The translations under genes were made by a program, and so were the position numbers. Under the pieces are notes generated by a model that saw nothing but the letters and a program-made list of their open reading frames with translations, made no database searches and had not been told where the DNA came from. From NCBI RefSeq assembly GCF_004010195.1, contig NC_057718.1, forward strand, positions 87,624,570-87,688,569: a stretch of DNA of 64,000 nt. The letters run 5' to 3'. Source of the stretch: Chiloscyllium plagiosum (lineage: Eukaryota). This document shows, in pieces, positions 26,640 through 38,268 of this stretch (position 1 is its first letter; each line of letters begins with the position of its first letter).

Positions 26640-27240
26640 GTGAGTAAAGTTTGTTTTAATACTGGGAAATACTTTGGAACAAAAGACATGCCTTCATATT
26701 GCATTTTCATAGCGTCAGACATCTCCATAAATGGAACCATAATAGGTTTAGAGAAACTGTCTATCAAGAAATACTTTTTTTTGCAGCCTTATTAATCTGC
26801 ACTGCTACTTCTGATGATCTGTGTCCCCCTAAATGCCTTGGCTTCTCTCCTCCATTAAAACTCATCTCACAAGTATGCAATTTGTTTTCTTTGTGTCGAA
26901 ATGCATTGCCTGACCGTTATCTATATTGAAATTCATTTCCTGATTACGCATTCTGCAAATTTATTAATTCCTTCTTGTATTTTGTCTGATTTATCATCTG
27001 TATTAATTATGTCATTGAAATTGGTATCATCCAAAAGCATTAAAATTGGATTTTCAAATCCCACAGCCAAACTAGCGATGGAAATAATGAACGATGGTGA
27101 TCACAGCCTGTAGAACACCACTTCCCACCTTTTTATCAGTTTGAATACCAACCCTTTACTCCTACTCCATCCGGGAAATAACTCCACATGCAATCTGCTC
27201 CTCATCCCAAACTCCACACGATCTGGCCATCATCCTTTTG

Positions 27241-27552
27241 GGGCAGCATGGTGGCACATTGGTTAGCACTGCTGCCTCACAGCGCCAGAGACCCGGGTTC
27301 AATTCCTGCCTCGGGCAACTGTCTGTGTGGAGTTTGCATGTTCTCCCTGTGTCTGCGTGGGTTTCCTATGGGTGCTCCGGTTTCCTCCCACAGTCCAAAG
27401 ATGTGCAGGTTAGGTGAATTGGCCATGCTAAATTGCCTGTAGTGTTAGGTGAAGGAGTAAATGGAGGGGAATGGGCCTGGGTGGGTTGATCTTTGGAGAG
27501 TTGGTGTGGACTTGTTGGGCCGAAGGGCCTGTTTCCACACTGTAAGTAATCT
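27241..27552 (+). mobile_element. HE1-like V-SINE
   Basis: Same head, core and tail as 14607-14928. Confidence 0.87.
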
Positions 27553-27892
27553 TAAAAAAAAGTAATCTAAATCTTTAATCTATTATGCGGTACTCCTGGA
27601 AGATTTTTTTTTGAAAATCCAACTGTGTTAAATCTATTGCATTATTCTTGCCTTCTCTTTCTGTCACTTATTTGAGGAATTTTTAAAAAATTGGTAAGCA
27701 TATTGTTCCATTTTGAAAGCTGTGACTAATTCTGGTTATATTTTCAGGTCCAGATGTTTTCCCTAAAACAAAAATTGAGGCTTCCATTTATTTCTAACTG
27801 CTACTTGTTCTATGGTTCTATGGACTTGTTGTATCAACCTCGTTAAATATTGGAATAATATTAACAACCTATTCCCATTGTTAATCAATTTA

Positions 27893-28109
27893 CAGTCAGT
27901 TCCGCTCGAATGCGGTTGTTCCGTTCTCGTGCAATCTTGTGTTATAAGAAAATCATGTAGTAGCAGCACCTTTTAAACTAATAGGCCGGAATCACGTTAT
28001 AACCAATACACACTTCAAAACTTTGCACTTATAAACAGTGTCCCCTATTTGTCAATTGTGTTATAGCAAATTTGTGTTACCGAAATGCATATTATATCAG
28101 AACGACCTG
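27893..28109. mobile_element. Non-autonomous Tc1/mariner (Tigger/pogo-like) MITE
   Basis: Begins ta|CAGtcagttccgct and ends cagaacgacCTG, giving imperfect terminal inverted repeats. TA is present at the left flank only. Confidence 0.5.
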
Positions 28110-28996
28110 TTTATATCTGCTTGTATGAGAGTGCCTGCTACCTCTACCCTGATTTTTTTTTCTTTTTGTTATTGCAGTCTATTCAAATCTATGGGTTTAT
28201 CTTCTCTAGGTCTGATTAGTTTTTCAATTATCTCCCTCTTTCTAAATCAAATGCCATTGTCTTTTATTTAATCTAATTTTCTAATGTCATGTTTCCCTCG
28301 TTAGTCTACCTTTCATTAATGTGAAGAATATATTCTGTTATTATTACCTGAGAGTTTCTCTTACACATTCTATAGTTTGTTTTTATTGATTTTTGTGAGA
28401 TACCAGCATTTATAGCCCATCCCTCATTGTCTGGGAGAAGGTGCTGTGCGCCACTGTGTTGAATCTTTTATAGTTGTGTCCTGTTCAGGAGGATTTATAT
28501 AGACTTTGACCACTTTGTTTTTAGTTTTCTAAACTTTATTTCTTTCCCTGCAATCCCCATTCTCACCCTTCATTATTTACTTTGTACTTTGGACTTAGTT
28601 TATCTCTTTTCCTTAAGGTGCAATATTAGTGTTATTTGTCCATAAAGTTGCATTGGTAGTTGTCACTGCCCCCCCCCCCCCACCTGTTTCCCTGTCCATT
28701 CAGCCTCCACGCTTTCTTCTGACCTACTTATCCCTTTGTCCAGTAAGCCTACACATTCCTTCCCAGTCACATTTGACAGCTATATGTGTCTACCATGAGC
28801 TTCTTTCTAATCTGTAAAATTTGATTTCTTACCAATCCAAGACCCCAGGAGCCACTAATTACAGTATAAACAGCTGCTACCATCCGTTAGGGCATGGATA
28901 TATATTCAACACGGCACATTTGATTCCATGAATCAGAAAGAGCTCTCAAATTAACTTCATCTTAAACTAAATCTTCATTCATTCCCACCTGTTCAG

Positions 28997-29126
28997 ATAT
29001 GGGAGCAGCTAGATGATGATGTCCAGGAGGTGAAGTTCAAGAGGTTCCACAAGTTAGTTTCTTCAAAGCGCAGATCAAAAAAGAAACTGATGAAAGTGGA
29101 TGAACTGAAGACTTCATCTACTGGAG
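28997..29126 (+). CDS. SASH1: SASH1-like coding exon (equiv. exon 9), 130 nt, [43 protein letters not shown]
   Basis: ttcag acceptor, gtgagc donor, phase 0/1. VKFKRxHKLV basic (NLS-like) motif. Confidence 0.9.
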
Positions 29127-30365
29127 GTGAGCGGGGGGATATTCCATTGAAGGTTTGATATAATCTGACATAATGTATGACCAAGAATCAAATTATTATT
29201 CTGATTAAGAACCTAATTCGTACCTTAAGTGGAACCAGCTGTCACCCTAAGGGTAACTATTCTTCAATCCAAACAACACCTTTTACCAATGAGAAAAGCA
29301 AAATACTGTAGATGCTAGAAACTTGAAATAAAAATAGAAATGCTACGAATGGCAGGTCAAGTAACTGATGTGAGAGAGTCAGACAGAGTTAGCATTTCAG
29401 TTCAGTGACTTTTCAGTCCAAAACCTTTTACTTCACCTTTGTTTCCTGACCATCAGCCAACTTTCTATCAATGTGGCTTTATTTCCTCTTAGCCTATTAC
29501 AGACCTCTTCCGCAATACTTCTTCAAACGCTTTTGAAAAGTTTGAGTACATTACCTCTTAGTACATTTCTTCAGAAATTCATCTTACCACTTTCTAAAAA
29601 GAAAAGCTCTAATTAAGCCTGTTTAACATGACTTGGCTTTAACAATCCATGCTGGCTGTCTTTCAGTTGATCAGCGTACTTCTTCATTCTCACTATTTTT
29701 ATCTCTGATTATAGATTCAATGGGTTGCCCTCAACTAATGCTGGACTGCTCGTCTACTATTGGCTTAATCTATCCTTTAAGTGCAGATGTTATGTTGGCC
29801 AATGTAGAATTGAAAAGCTGTGACCAAAGTACCTTCTACTTGCTCTGTGTCTTTATCTGGACCGACTGACTGATGCACCATTATGTTAAATGTTCAGACT
29901 ATTCCCTTCTTATGATGGATGCTTTTCTAATACAATTCAATTCAAACTTGCGCCATTGTAGCAAGAAAGCAAAAATCCTATGTTGTATGACCTATTCAGA
30001 ATCTGGCTGGGAGAAGATAAAAGATGAGAACTAACCCTGAGTTTGAGTTGACTCACTTCCATCAATAATCTGGAGCTTTAAGTTTTCAATATTACCCTTA
30101 AAATGGCTTGAAGTTGCTGGATGTTCTTCCATCTGGGTTAGTTCTCATCTGTCAGTTATTACTGCAGTTGGAGATAAGGGTAGTTGATCAATTGCATTTG
30201 TTTAAACAAGTTTAAACAAAGCATAATTTCATCATAAGTCTGTAGTGTTATGATGCTGACTCACCAACCTGCTCCCTTTGAATGTACCTCCACACATGGA
30301 ATCATTTCCATTATCCTTTAGTATATATGAAATTTCTTTGAGTACATGCAGTGACGCTCTAGTCC

Positions 30366-30711
30366 TCCCTCCACCTTCACATTTATGAATAATTGGGCTT
30401 GCATCATGCATTGAGGTTTAGGAGGAAATTTGCTTTGAAACTTGTTATATTGGAATATGTAATTGACTGTGAAGTACTTTCAGGAAAAGAAACACATTCA
30501 GGTAAAGAAAAGCATCAGATAAATCAAGTCAGTACTTTTCCCTCCACCTTCACATTTATGAATAATTGGGCTTGCATCATGCACTGAGGTTTAGGAGGAA
30601 ATTTGCTTTGAAACTTGTTATATTGGAATATGTAATTGACTATGAAGTACTTTCAGGAAAAGAAACACATTCAGGTAAAGAAAAGCATCAGATAAATCAA
30701 GTCAGTACTTT
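30366..30711. repeat. Tandem direct duplication, 2 x 173 bp
   Basis: 30366-30538 and 30539-30711 differ at only a couple of positions. Confidence 0.92.
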
Positions 30712-31174
30712 TTAAAAATTAGAACTTCAGCAATTTTATAAAGCAACATCTGTAAAGGCAGGTTCTGTTATATATGGTGTTGGAGTGCTGTCCCTTTACA
30801 AAAGCCAGTCATGTTGGGTCCAGTTTAGAACCAGCTATGATGGTGTGAGCAGTGTCAATAAAGTGTTAGTTCAGATTTACAATTTGTCCACCTTTGGAAC
30901 TAGGAATTATGTACAAGGTGGACAAATTGTAAATCTGAGCTAACACTGCTCACACCATCATAGCTGGTTCTAAACTGGACCCAACATGACTGGCTTTCGT
31001 AAAGGGACAGCACCCCAACACCATACATAACAGAACTTGCCTTTACAGATGTTGCTTTATAAAATTGCTGAAGTTCTACTTTTAAAAAAGTACTGACTTG
31101 ATTTATCTGATGCTTTTCTTTACCTGAATGTGTTTCTTTTCCTGAAAGTACTTCACAGTCAATTACATATTTCA
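30624..31174. repeat. Long inverted repeat (foldback): arms 30624-30894 and 30915-31174, 20-bp spacer
   Basis: The right arm is the reverse complement of the left, apart from scattered substitutions and an 11-nt indel (caataaagtgt). Confidence 0.93.
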
Positions 31175-31199
31175 AAAGTGTTTTCAAATGTTTAACACA

Positions 31200-31548
31200 A
31201 AAATAGCAGGAGCACTTTGCTATTTATGATAACTTGTTGAGTGCAAGGAGATAAGTGACCAGATAGTCTGATTTAGTGATGATGTTAGAAGAATAAATCT
31301 GTCCAGAACACGAGAGAGAGCTCCCTTGCTATATTTCAGTATTGTGCTGTGGGGTCTCTTGTGTTCCGCTGAAAGGACAGGCAGGTCCTCTGTTTAACAT
31401 CTTAGCCAAAAGATGGCACCTCTAAAAGCACAGTATGCCCTGAGTGCTGTGCTGAGGTATCAACCTCGATAATGTGCTTCAGTTTCAGGACTGGAACTTG
31501 AACCCACAATCTTCTGTCTCAGGTGTGAGCACCTGCATTGAGCCATGA
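31200..31548 (-). mobile_element. Deu-domain SINE fragment
   Basis: Reverse-orientation relative of 17500-17725, with a tRNA-like head (gaacttgaacccacaatcttctg). Confidence 0.5.
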
Positions 31549-32644
31549 ATAAATTTTAAAGGTAAAATGAGCAGATTGTTGCAATGTAGTCCTTTTTGTA
31601 AGGCTGGAAAACGACTTAGTGTTGTTGGCATTTTGAATGTGGCCACATGCAGACTTAAATGCCTAATCAGTGCAAGAACCTCCTTAAATAGCCCAAGGTT
31701 GTAACGTTTCTAATGTAGTTAAAGTTCCAAACCTGCACCATACTCTGTTGTTGTCTATGCTACAGCCCTTTTTGGCATCACATCATTACTACAATTATTT
31801 AATATATGTAAATGTGGCATGTAATTCTTGCTATTTTAAAGTATTGTCATAATTAGAAAACTGCGAGTGTTGAGACTATGTACTCTTAAAATGTTGGTAT
31901 CATAATATGAGTTTAAACAAGCAGATGATCTTGAAAGCAAGATTCTCGCTGTCTTCACCAGAGAATCTCCTTCCATCTGCATGCTTTTGTCAGGTAGGGT
32001 CCTATTCAATGCTAAACAAGTCAAGCCTCACGTCTTGCATAAGTAGCTGACTCCTGTGCCAGAAAGTTACTGTCAGCTGCTTGTTACTTCAGAAAACTAC
32101 CACTCTGGAAGGTGGCCATAAATGTTTTACTGGAGGTAAGATCTTGGAGGAGCCAGAGATTTAAGTGAGTCACTGTTTAAAATACTGTGAACACTCAGTC
32201 AACCTGTCAGCAGAATCAGAGACAGTGTTTCAGAATACTGGTCTTTCATTAGAGCTTAATTTAAGAACTGTTCATTATGTTACATGTGCAAAAAATCTGC
32301 AAGTAGAAAACCTACTGCACAACATTCCATTTCATGAAAAGCAGGTAACACAGGTTCCCACCCCAGCAAGTTCAGACAACTGAGAGTGCGACGCAGAAAG
32401 AAAAATTGTTTAATAAAATAACTGAGAACTGACTTAACTATTCTTTCCAAATTGTTTTGCAAGTTTATTTGTTAAAAGATCAAATCTATGCAGGTATGCT
32501 GATTATCTGTCAGTGAAATGAAATGAAGCTGTTGCATCAAATCTCTGACTCAACTTGTGTGTCCTTGAATAATACTTTAGAATACTGGAAGAATTAGTTC
32601 AGAGTGAGTGATCGGTTTCTTGTCTGCCTTACCTTCTGCCTCAG

Positions 32645-33015
32645 AAAACACTTGCGATGGGACATGTGACAAACAGTTGGACCCAATACACGATGAAAGA
32701 TCGGTGAATCACATGGGGTCGAAGGCCATCAGAAAGCAGCTGTACTCGAACAAGACACTGCAGAAACAGTCTGTGGAAGATCCTGCACCTTTGGCTGTTT
32801 GCCGATCTCCATCTTCCAGCAGCCTGGAAGGGCGGCTGGGGAAGAGGTTTGTCAAACCTTTTCACACGACCGCTGAACCCAGCACTACAAGGCCCCCGAA
32901 GAAATCAGGAAAAACGTCCTCTGATTCAGAGTGTGGAGAAGACAAGTTACACAAGGTATCCCGCTCACTGACTGACAGTGAGGTGGGTAAGGGAGTAACT
33001 GTTCAGGATCAAGGG
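32645..33015 (+). CDS. SASH1: SASH1-like coding exon (equiv. exon 10), 371 nt, ...SPSSSSLEG...RPPKKSG...KVSRSLTDSEVGKG...
   Basis: ctcag acceptor, gtaagt donor, phase 1/0. Lies within ORF 32608-33045. SPSSSSL, PPKK and KVSRSLT motifs. Confidence 0.88.
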
Positions 33016-33609
33016 GTAAGTGTATTTTGTGGCAAAACTAATTAGTCTTAAAGGGTTATATTCACGAAGTAGGCCATTTAAACTATTGTGTTTGTGACAG
33101 CTCTTTGAATAAGCAGCCAAAGCAAAATAATTTAAATTAAAGTGAATTGCCAAAGCTTTGCAAATCTGAGGTAAAGCAAGAAATGATGGAAACATGATCT
33201 GATAGCACTTGTGAACAGAGAAATAGAATTAATGTTTCAGGACTGTGACATTTCACCAGAATTGAAAGCTGCTTTACTGAAAGAGTGGTACGGTTGTGGA
33301 ATTTGTCACCAGTTGAGGTGAACCGCACTGATGCAATAAAGGGTAGGCGAACCAAACACAAGGGCAAAACCCAGGTATTGATAGGAGGCATGTGAAGAAC
33401 ATATTATTGGCATTGACTAATTTGTTCGAATGTTTGTTGAAAAATTGTTGATTGAGTAACTCTGTGCAATAGTAAGTGATACCATGAAGCGATACCAGAT
33501 ATTCAACAATATGTGTAAGTGGACAGAACAAATGAAATTAAATGCAGACAAGTGAATCCTGCTTTTCCTCTGTATTTCTATCCTGATACTTCACTGAATC
33601 TTTAACCAG

Positions 33610-33684
33610 TTATTCTGTGTGCTGTGTTTGGGTGGGGTTGCTGGAAGAACCAGAACTTGGAAATCTCAGAGTGATGAACCTATG
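33610..33684 (+). pseudogene. Candidate degenerate or poison exon at the position of SASH1 exon 11
   Basis: 75 nt following a pyrimidine tract plus ccag. Reads LFCVLCLGGVAGRTRTWKSQSDEPM, then TGA instead of an in-phase GT donor. Confidence 0.35.
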
Positions 33685-34666
33685 TGATTACAGTCGTGTT
33701 TCTCATAAGAAATTTTAACCCCTGGTGGCCCGATAGTGAGGTGTCTCCTTGCTGCTTTTCAATCTTGAGTGGCCAAGAGCTAAAGTTCCTTTTGTTTTGA
33801 TGCCCATAACTTCAATGATTGTGAATTTCACATTATAGACCCATTGCACCCGACTGCAGAGATTGAGGTGCATTTGTTTACACGCTATGGATTTCTGATC
33901 TCCTTCCTCTTGAAGTGACTCCTGTCGCCGCAAATTGCCAAAAATCACAACAAGGTCCCACAGACAACATTAAAATTGCCGAGAGATGGTTCCTGTGCAC
34001 GCTGCCAGTTGTTCCATCATTGTTACATGTGGGATCTTGCTGTATCCCACTCGGCTGCTAAATTTCTCTACATCACACCACTGATGATATTTCACCCCTG
34101 GTTGTTTGAGGTGATTATGCTGGGCCAGCTTCATAAATGCAGGTAGAAGTTTGATAGAACTGAAGAGCTTGCTGGGTTGTTAAGATTCTACCATATTGGT
34201 GCAGGACTGGAGTCACCTACAGGTAGGTTTCTTTCCCTCAGAGTATTAGTGAACCTGTTAAATTTTTACAACAGTTGGACAGTTACTTTTGCTGATGCTT
34301 GCTTTTTATTACCAGACTATTAAAACTGAATTCAATTTCTCAAACTGTCGCAGTAGGATTTGGGCTCTCATTCTCTGGATTATTAACTCAACCCTCAGGA
34401 TTCCTACTGCAGTAAAATGACTACTGTGTTTCTGTACTACATATCAACATGTTTAAGATACAGTATAACAATAGGACGTTGTCACAATAAGCGTGCAAAT
34501 TGGTCAATAGGAACGTGGCCTAATTTGCTAACCATAATTCACTGTTCAGATTTTTTTTTTAAAAAAATGTACTCTGATCTGTAGGATTACCACAGTTTGC
34601 TGGAGAAATATTAGATTTCCATTGAGTTCCATCCATGAAGTGATGATGTTTTATTCTACCCACCAG

Positions 34667-34819
34667 AACATTGGTAAAGAAGAGGTCAGCAATGAGAAAA
34701 TGAACACAGCAAAATCCCCCACAAATTCACGGAAATCACTGAGCAGGAAAGTCAAGTCGGTGAAAGAGACGGTGAGGAGAAAGATTACAAAGACGTACAG
34801 TGGTACTGCTCCCCCCCAC
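34667..34819 (+). CDS. SASH1: SASH1-like coding exon (equiv. exon 12), 153 nt, NIGKEE...KSPTNSRKSLSRKVKSVKETVRRKITKTYSGTAPPH
   Basis: accag acceptor, gtaagt donor, phase 0/0. KSPT and SLxxKVKSVKETxR motifs. Confidence 0.9.
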
Positions 34820-35249
34820 GTAAGTAAACCCACCTTTGCTTCATCTCTTTTTAAGACCCTTCTCCAAAACCTCTGTATGACCAAACGTTTCAGTCACTTC
34901 TCCTAGTTATCTTTCCTACACCAGCTCAGCATTTGTTTTTCCTCATGTCAGCATATGGAGTGTCTTGTGACATTTCTTCCCACATTGGGAATGCAGAAAC
35001 AGAGGAATATTTAGACTCTTGTCCATAATTTGCCACCTTAGTTGGTCATGGTTGATCTATAATTTCACCATCCCATATTGCTTAGTTAAAAAAAGCCATC
35101 TCAGAATTAAAATTGAGACTTGATTTAGCATGCAGTACCCTTTGTGGAAGCCTCTTCCAGATTTCCGTCATCTTTTGTGCATTGAATTTTTAATAACTTT
35201 GTTTTCTTGAAAGGAATAGCCGCAGTTTACACAAAATTATTTCTTTTTC

Positions 35250-35850
35250 TTCATTCGTGGGACGTAGACTGGTCCAGCCAACAAAGCCTATATTGTTTGT
35301 CCCTGGTTGTCCTTGAGAAGGTGTTGATGAGCTACTCTTGAACTACTGCAGTCGATTTGCTGTAGGGAGATCCACAATGCCATTAGGGAGGGAGTTGCAG
35401 GATTTGGATGCAGTGACAATGAAGGATTGGTAATACATTTCCAAGTCAGAAAAGTGAGTGGCTTGGAGGGGAACTTGCAGATGATAGTGTTACCATGTAT
35501 TCACTGTCCTTGACTTTCTGGATGGTAGCATTATGAGTTTGGAAGGTGTTGTCTAAGGGTCTTTGGTGAATATCTGCAGTGTATATCGTAGATAGTAGTA
35601 GCATTGGGTACTAAGTGTCGGGAGTGGATGTTTGCGGTTGTGGTGTCGATCAAGTGCGCTGCTTTGACCTGGATGGTGTCAAGCTTCATGAGTGTTGTTG
35701 GAGCTGTACCCATCCAGGCAAGTGGGGAGTATGCCATCACACTCCTCACATGTGCCTTATAGATGGCGTACAGGCTTTGTCTGACCTGCTCTTTTAGCCA
35801 CTATATTTATTTGGCAAATTCAGTTCAGTTTCTGGTCAATGCTAAGTTGC
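35250..35850 (-). mobile_element. LINE 3' fragment (same family as 54310-55760)
   Basis: ORF 35531-35749 VRSVMAYSPLAWMG...LDTIQVKAAHLI is a LINE ORF2 C-terminal region. Confidence 0.65.
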
Positions 35851-36232
35851 AGAATGATGTTAGCTGCATTCACTGCAAAGCCCATTATATCTTCTCTAAA
35901 GTGTAGTACTCGGAACTAAACAGATCACCTGAGGTGTAGTCTAATCAGGGCTGTACGTGCTGCTGCATGACTTCTATCCCTTTGCATTCTAGTTTCTTTG
36001 ATGTGTAAGTATTCCATTAGATGTTTAAATTATTGTCGATACCTGTCTGTGGCTTTTTAATGGTCTATGCACCTGGACCCCTCAAACTCTTTGAATCTCT
36101 GTTATTTTAGCTTTTTGGAAGGTACCTGATTTCAAGTGAAATTATTAGAATTGGGGGAGCAGTGTGAAGAGTAGAACAAAAGGGTGGAAGAGATTTCATA
36201 ATGTTCAACCAATATGATCCCTTTCTCCCCAG

Positions 36233-36371
36233 TTGCCTTCTGAAGGAGTGATGTCCACTGCTCAGATTGAAGATTCAACAGATAAGTCTATCCAACCAGA
36301 CAGGCCCAAGCTGACTGGCGGTGGCTCAGTAGAGAGTCTGCGGAGCTCCTTGAGTGGGCAGAGTTCAATGA
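36233..36371 (+). CDS. SASH1: SASH1-like coding exon (equiv. exon 13), 139 nt, ...DRPKLTGGGSVESLRSSLSGQSSM (SLy region)
   Basis: ccccag acceptor, gtaagt donor, phase 0/1. Near-invariant SLy-region peptide. Confidence 0.93.
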
Positions 36372-37545
36372 GTAAGTGTTAAGCTTCTTGAGTGTTGTTG
36401 GAACTGTTTGGTTGGCTAAATCTCCAAGGTGGTCCTGGAGGATTCAGAAATTGAAAATTAATCTTCATGACACTGTTAGAAGCAACCAGGGAGAAAAGTC
36501 ATAGTAATGTTTAATATTCTTTTGTCATTTTCTTTGGAAATTTATTATAATCAGTTGAGATAATAATACAATAGGATAGAAAGAGTCTTTGATTTTCACT
36601 TGAATTTTCAGTTAAAGGCGCAATGTCATGGGGATGGGTTATTGATCGGAATGGAGGAGAGGGGTGTCACAAAGTGAGTTACTCGCTGTAGGATTCCTTG
36701 TCTCTGATCTCTTTTAGCCACTTATATTTGAGGTACGAGGTCATGTGATTAAATCTCCAGAAATCCCAACCAAAATTGACAATCCAATTTTCAGCAGGTG
36801 TCTGTATCTTGATGTTTTTCAGTTCATAAATAGGAAGAGAAACAAACTGTTAAGTTACAACACACTGACTCAAAATGGGAATCATTAAAATATATAAGTA
36901 GACCCTGGTTTTCCTGCTTAGACCCTTGAGTTTTATGATTTTCTGGCCCTAGGCATCTGCATGAAGCTTAGGCCTGAAATTTCAGGTAAGAAACATGATC
37001 ACAGTTAAAGTCTTCAGAAAACTGAATTGGTAGCACATGCCACTGAGATGTTCTCTCCAGAAACCTTAAGGGATGTCGGTGAAATGTGCCTCCACTTCAG
37101 AATTCAACCTACAGGAGCGAGAGTTTAGGATTCTTCATTTCAGAGAAAAGGAGGTAGAAAGTCAAATTTAATGCTGTTACACAAGGCCTACTCCCACTAC
37201 TATTGTAATGGTTTTTTGTCTTTTTTTCTTTCTTTCATCACCTGGACAAATACGATTCCCATGTGTGCTGAGGAGAAATACCTATCCTTAGACTTTTCTT
37301 TTAATCTCTTTAATAAGGCCAATTCTTTTGCAAAGGATAAAAGGAGTCATGTTACTACCTAAAGCTTTGAAGGATGCATTGGACATTACCCTGTGCCTTG
37401 AAACCCATATCTCTGGCAAACCGAAGTCAGATGTTACATTTCCTAATAATAATACTTGACATGAAACCGGGAGCAGAGAACATTTAGGCACAGGAAAGGG
37501 GAAGGATTAGACCTTACTTTGTACAATGTGAATTACAACAATTAA

Positions 37546-37779
<234 letters not shown>

Positions 37780-38022
37780 TAGAAGGGATGGAGAGATTTA
37801 TCTGCCATCCTTGGTCAAGTGTATCTGCTATCCAGCTGGTTATAACTAGATTAGGATAACTTTGCACATTTTACACTTTGAAGTTTTGTCGCCACATTGG
37901 CACCTCAGAAGCTGTCAGTCAACCCATCACAACTGTTGGTGTTGGCTCCCTGAGCTATCCTAATTAATTCCATTCCCTTGCATTTCAGCATGCCCCTGTA
38001 TTTTTTTTTACCAAAGTTTTAT

Positions 38023-38268
38023 TTATCTATCAACAAACACATCGACCTGGACCCAGTATACCGGCCACTGCAGCGGACAGCTGGAACTGACAACTGGAAG
38101 CGGCAGAGACAAACTACTATAAATGCCAGAGGAAACATCACAGAAGCGCTTCTCAAGCACTGAGGATGTCACCTAGACAGGGGACGAAACGTCTGCAACA
38201 CAAATTCCCAGCTCGGCGAACAGAACCTCAACAACGAGCACCCGAGCTACAAATCTTCTCACAAACTT
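38023..38268 (+). mobile_element. Penelope-like element 3' fragment
   Basis: SINKHIDLDPVYRPLQR (cf. SINRHIELNPLFKPLR in ORF 2765-3112), a hammerhead core, and a terminal gagctacaaatctt shared with the 2630 copy. Confidence 0.82.
38157..38196 (+). ncRNA. Minimal type I hammerhead ribozyme motif
   Basis: gca-CTGAGGA-t-gtcacct agac aggggac-GAAAC-GTC-tgc. Stem I gca/tgc, stem II gtc.cct/agg.gac, GUC triplet at 38191-38193. Confidence 0.72.

Noticed and set aside
30366..30711. Direct repeats as a possible CRISPR-like array
   Set aside because: Two adjacent 173-bp units with no spacers, in a vertebrate intron.
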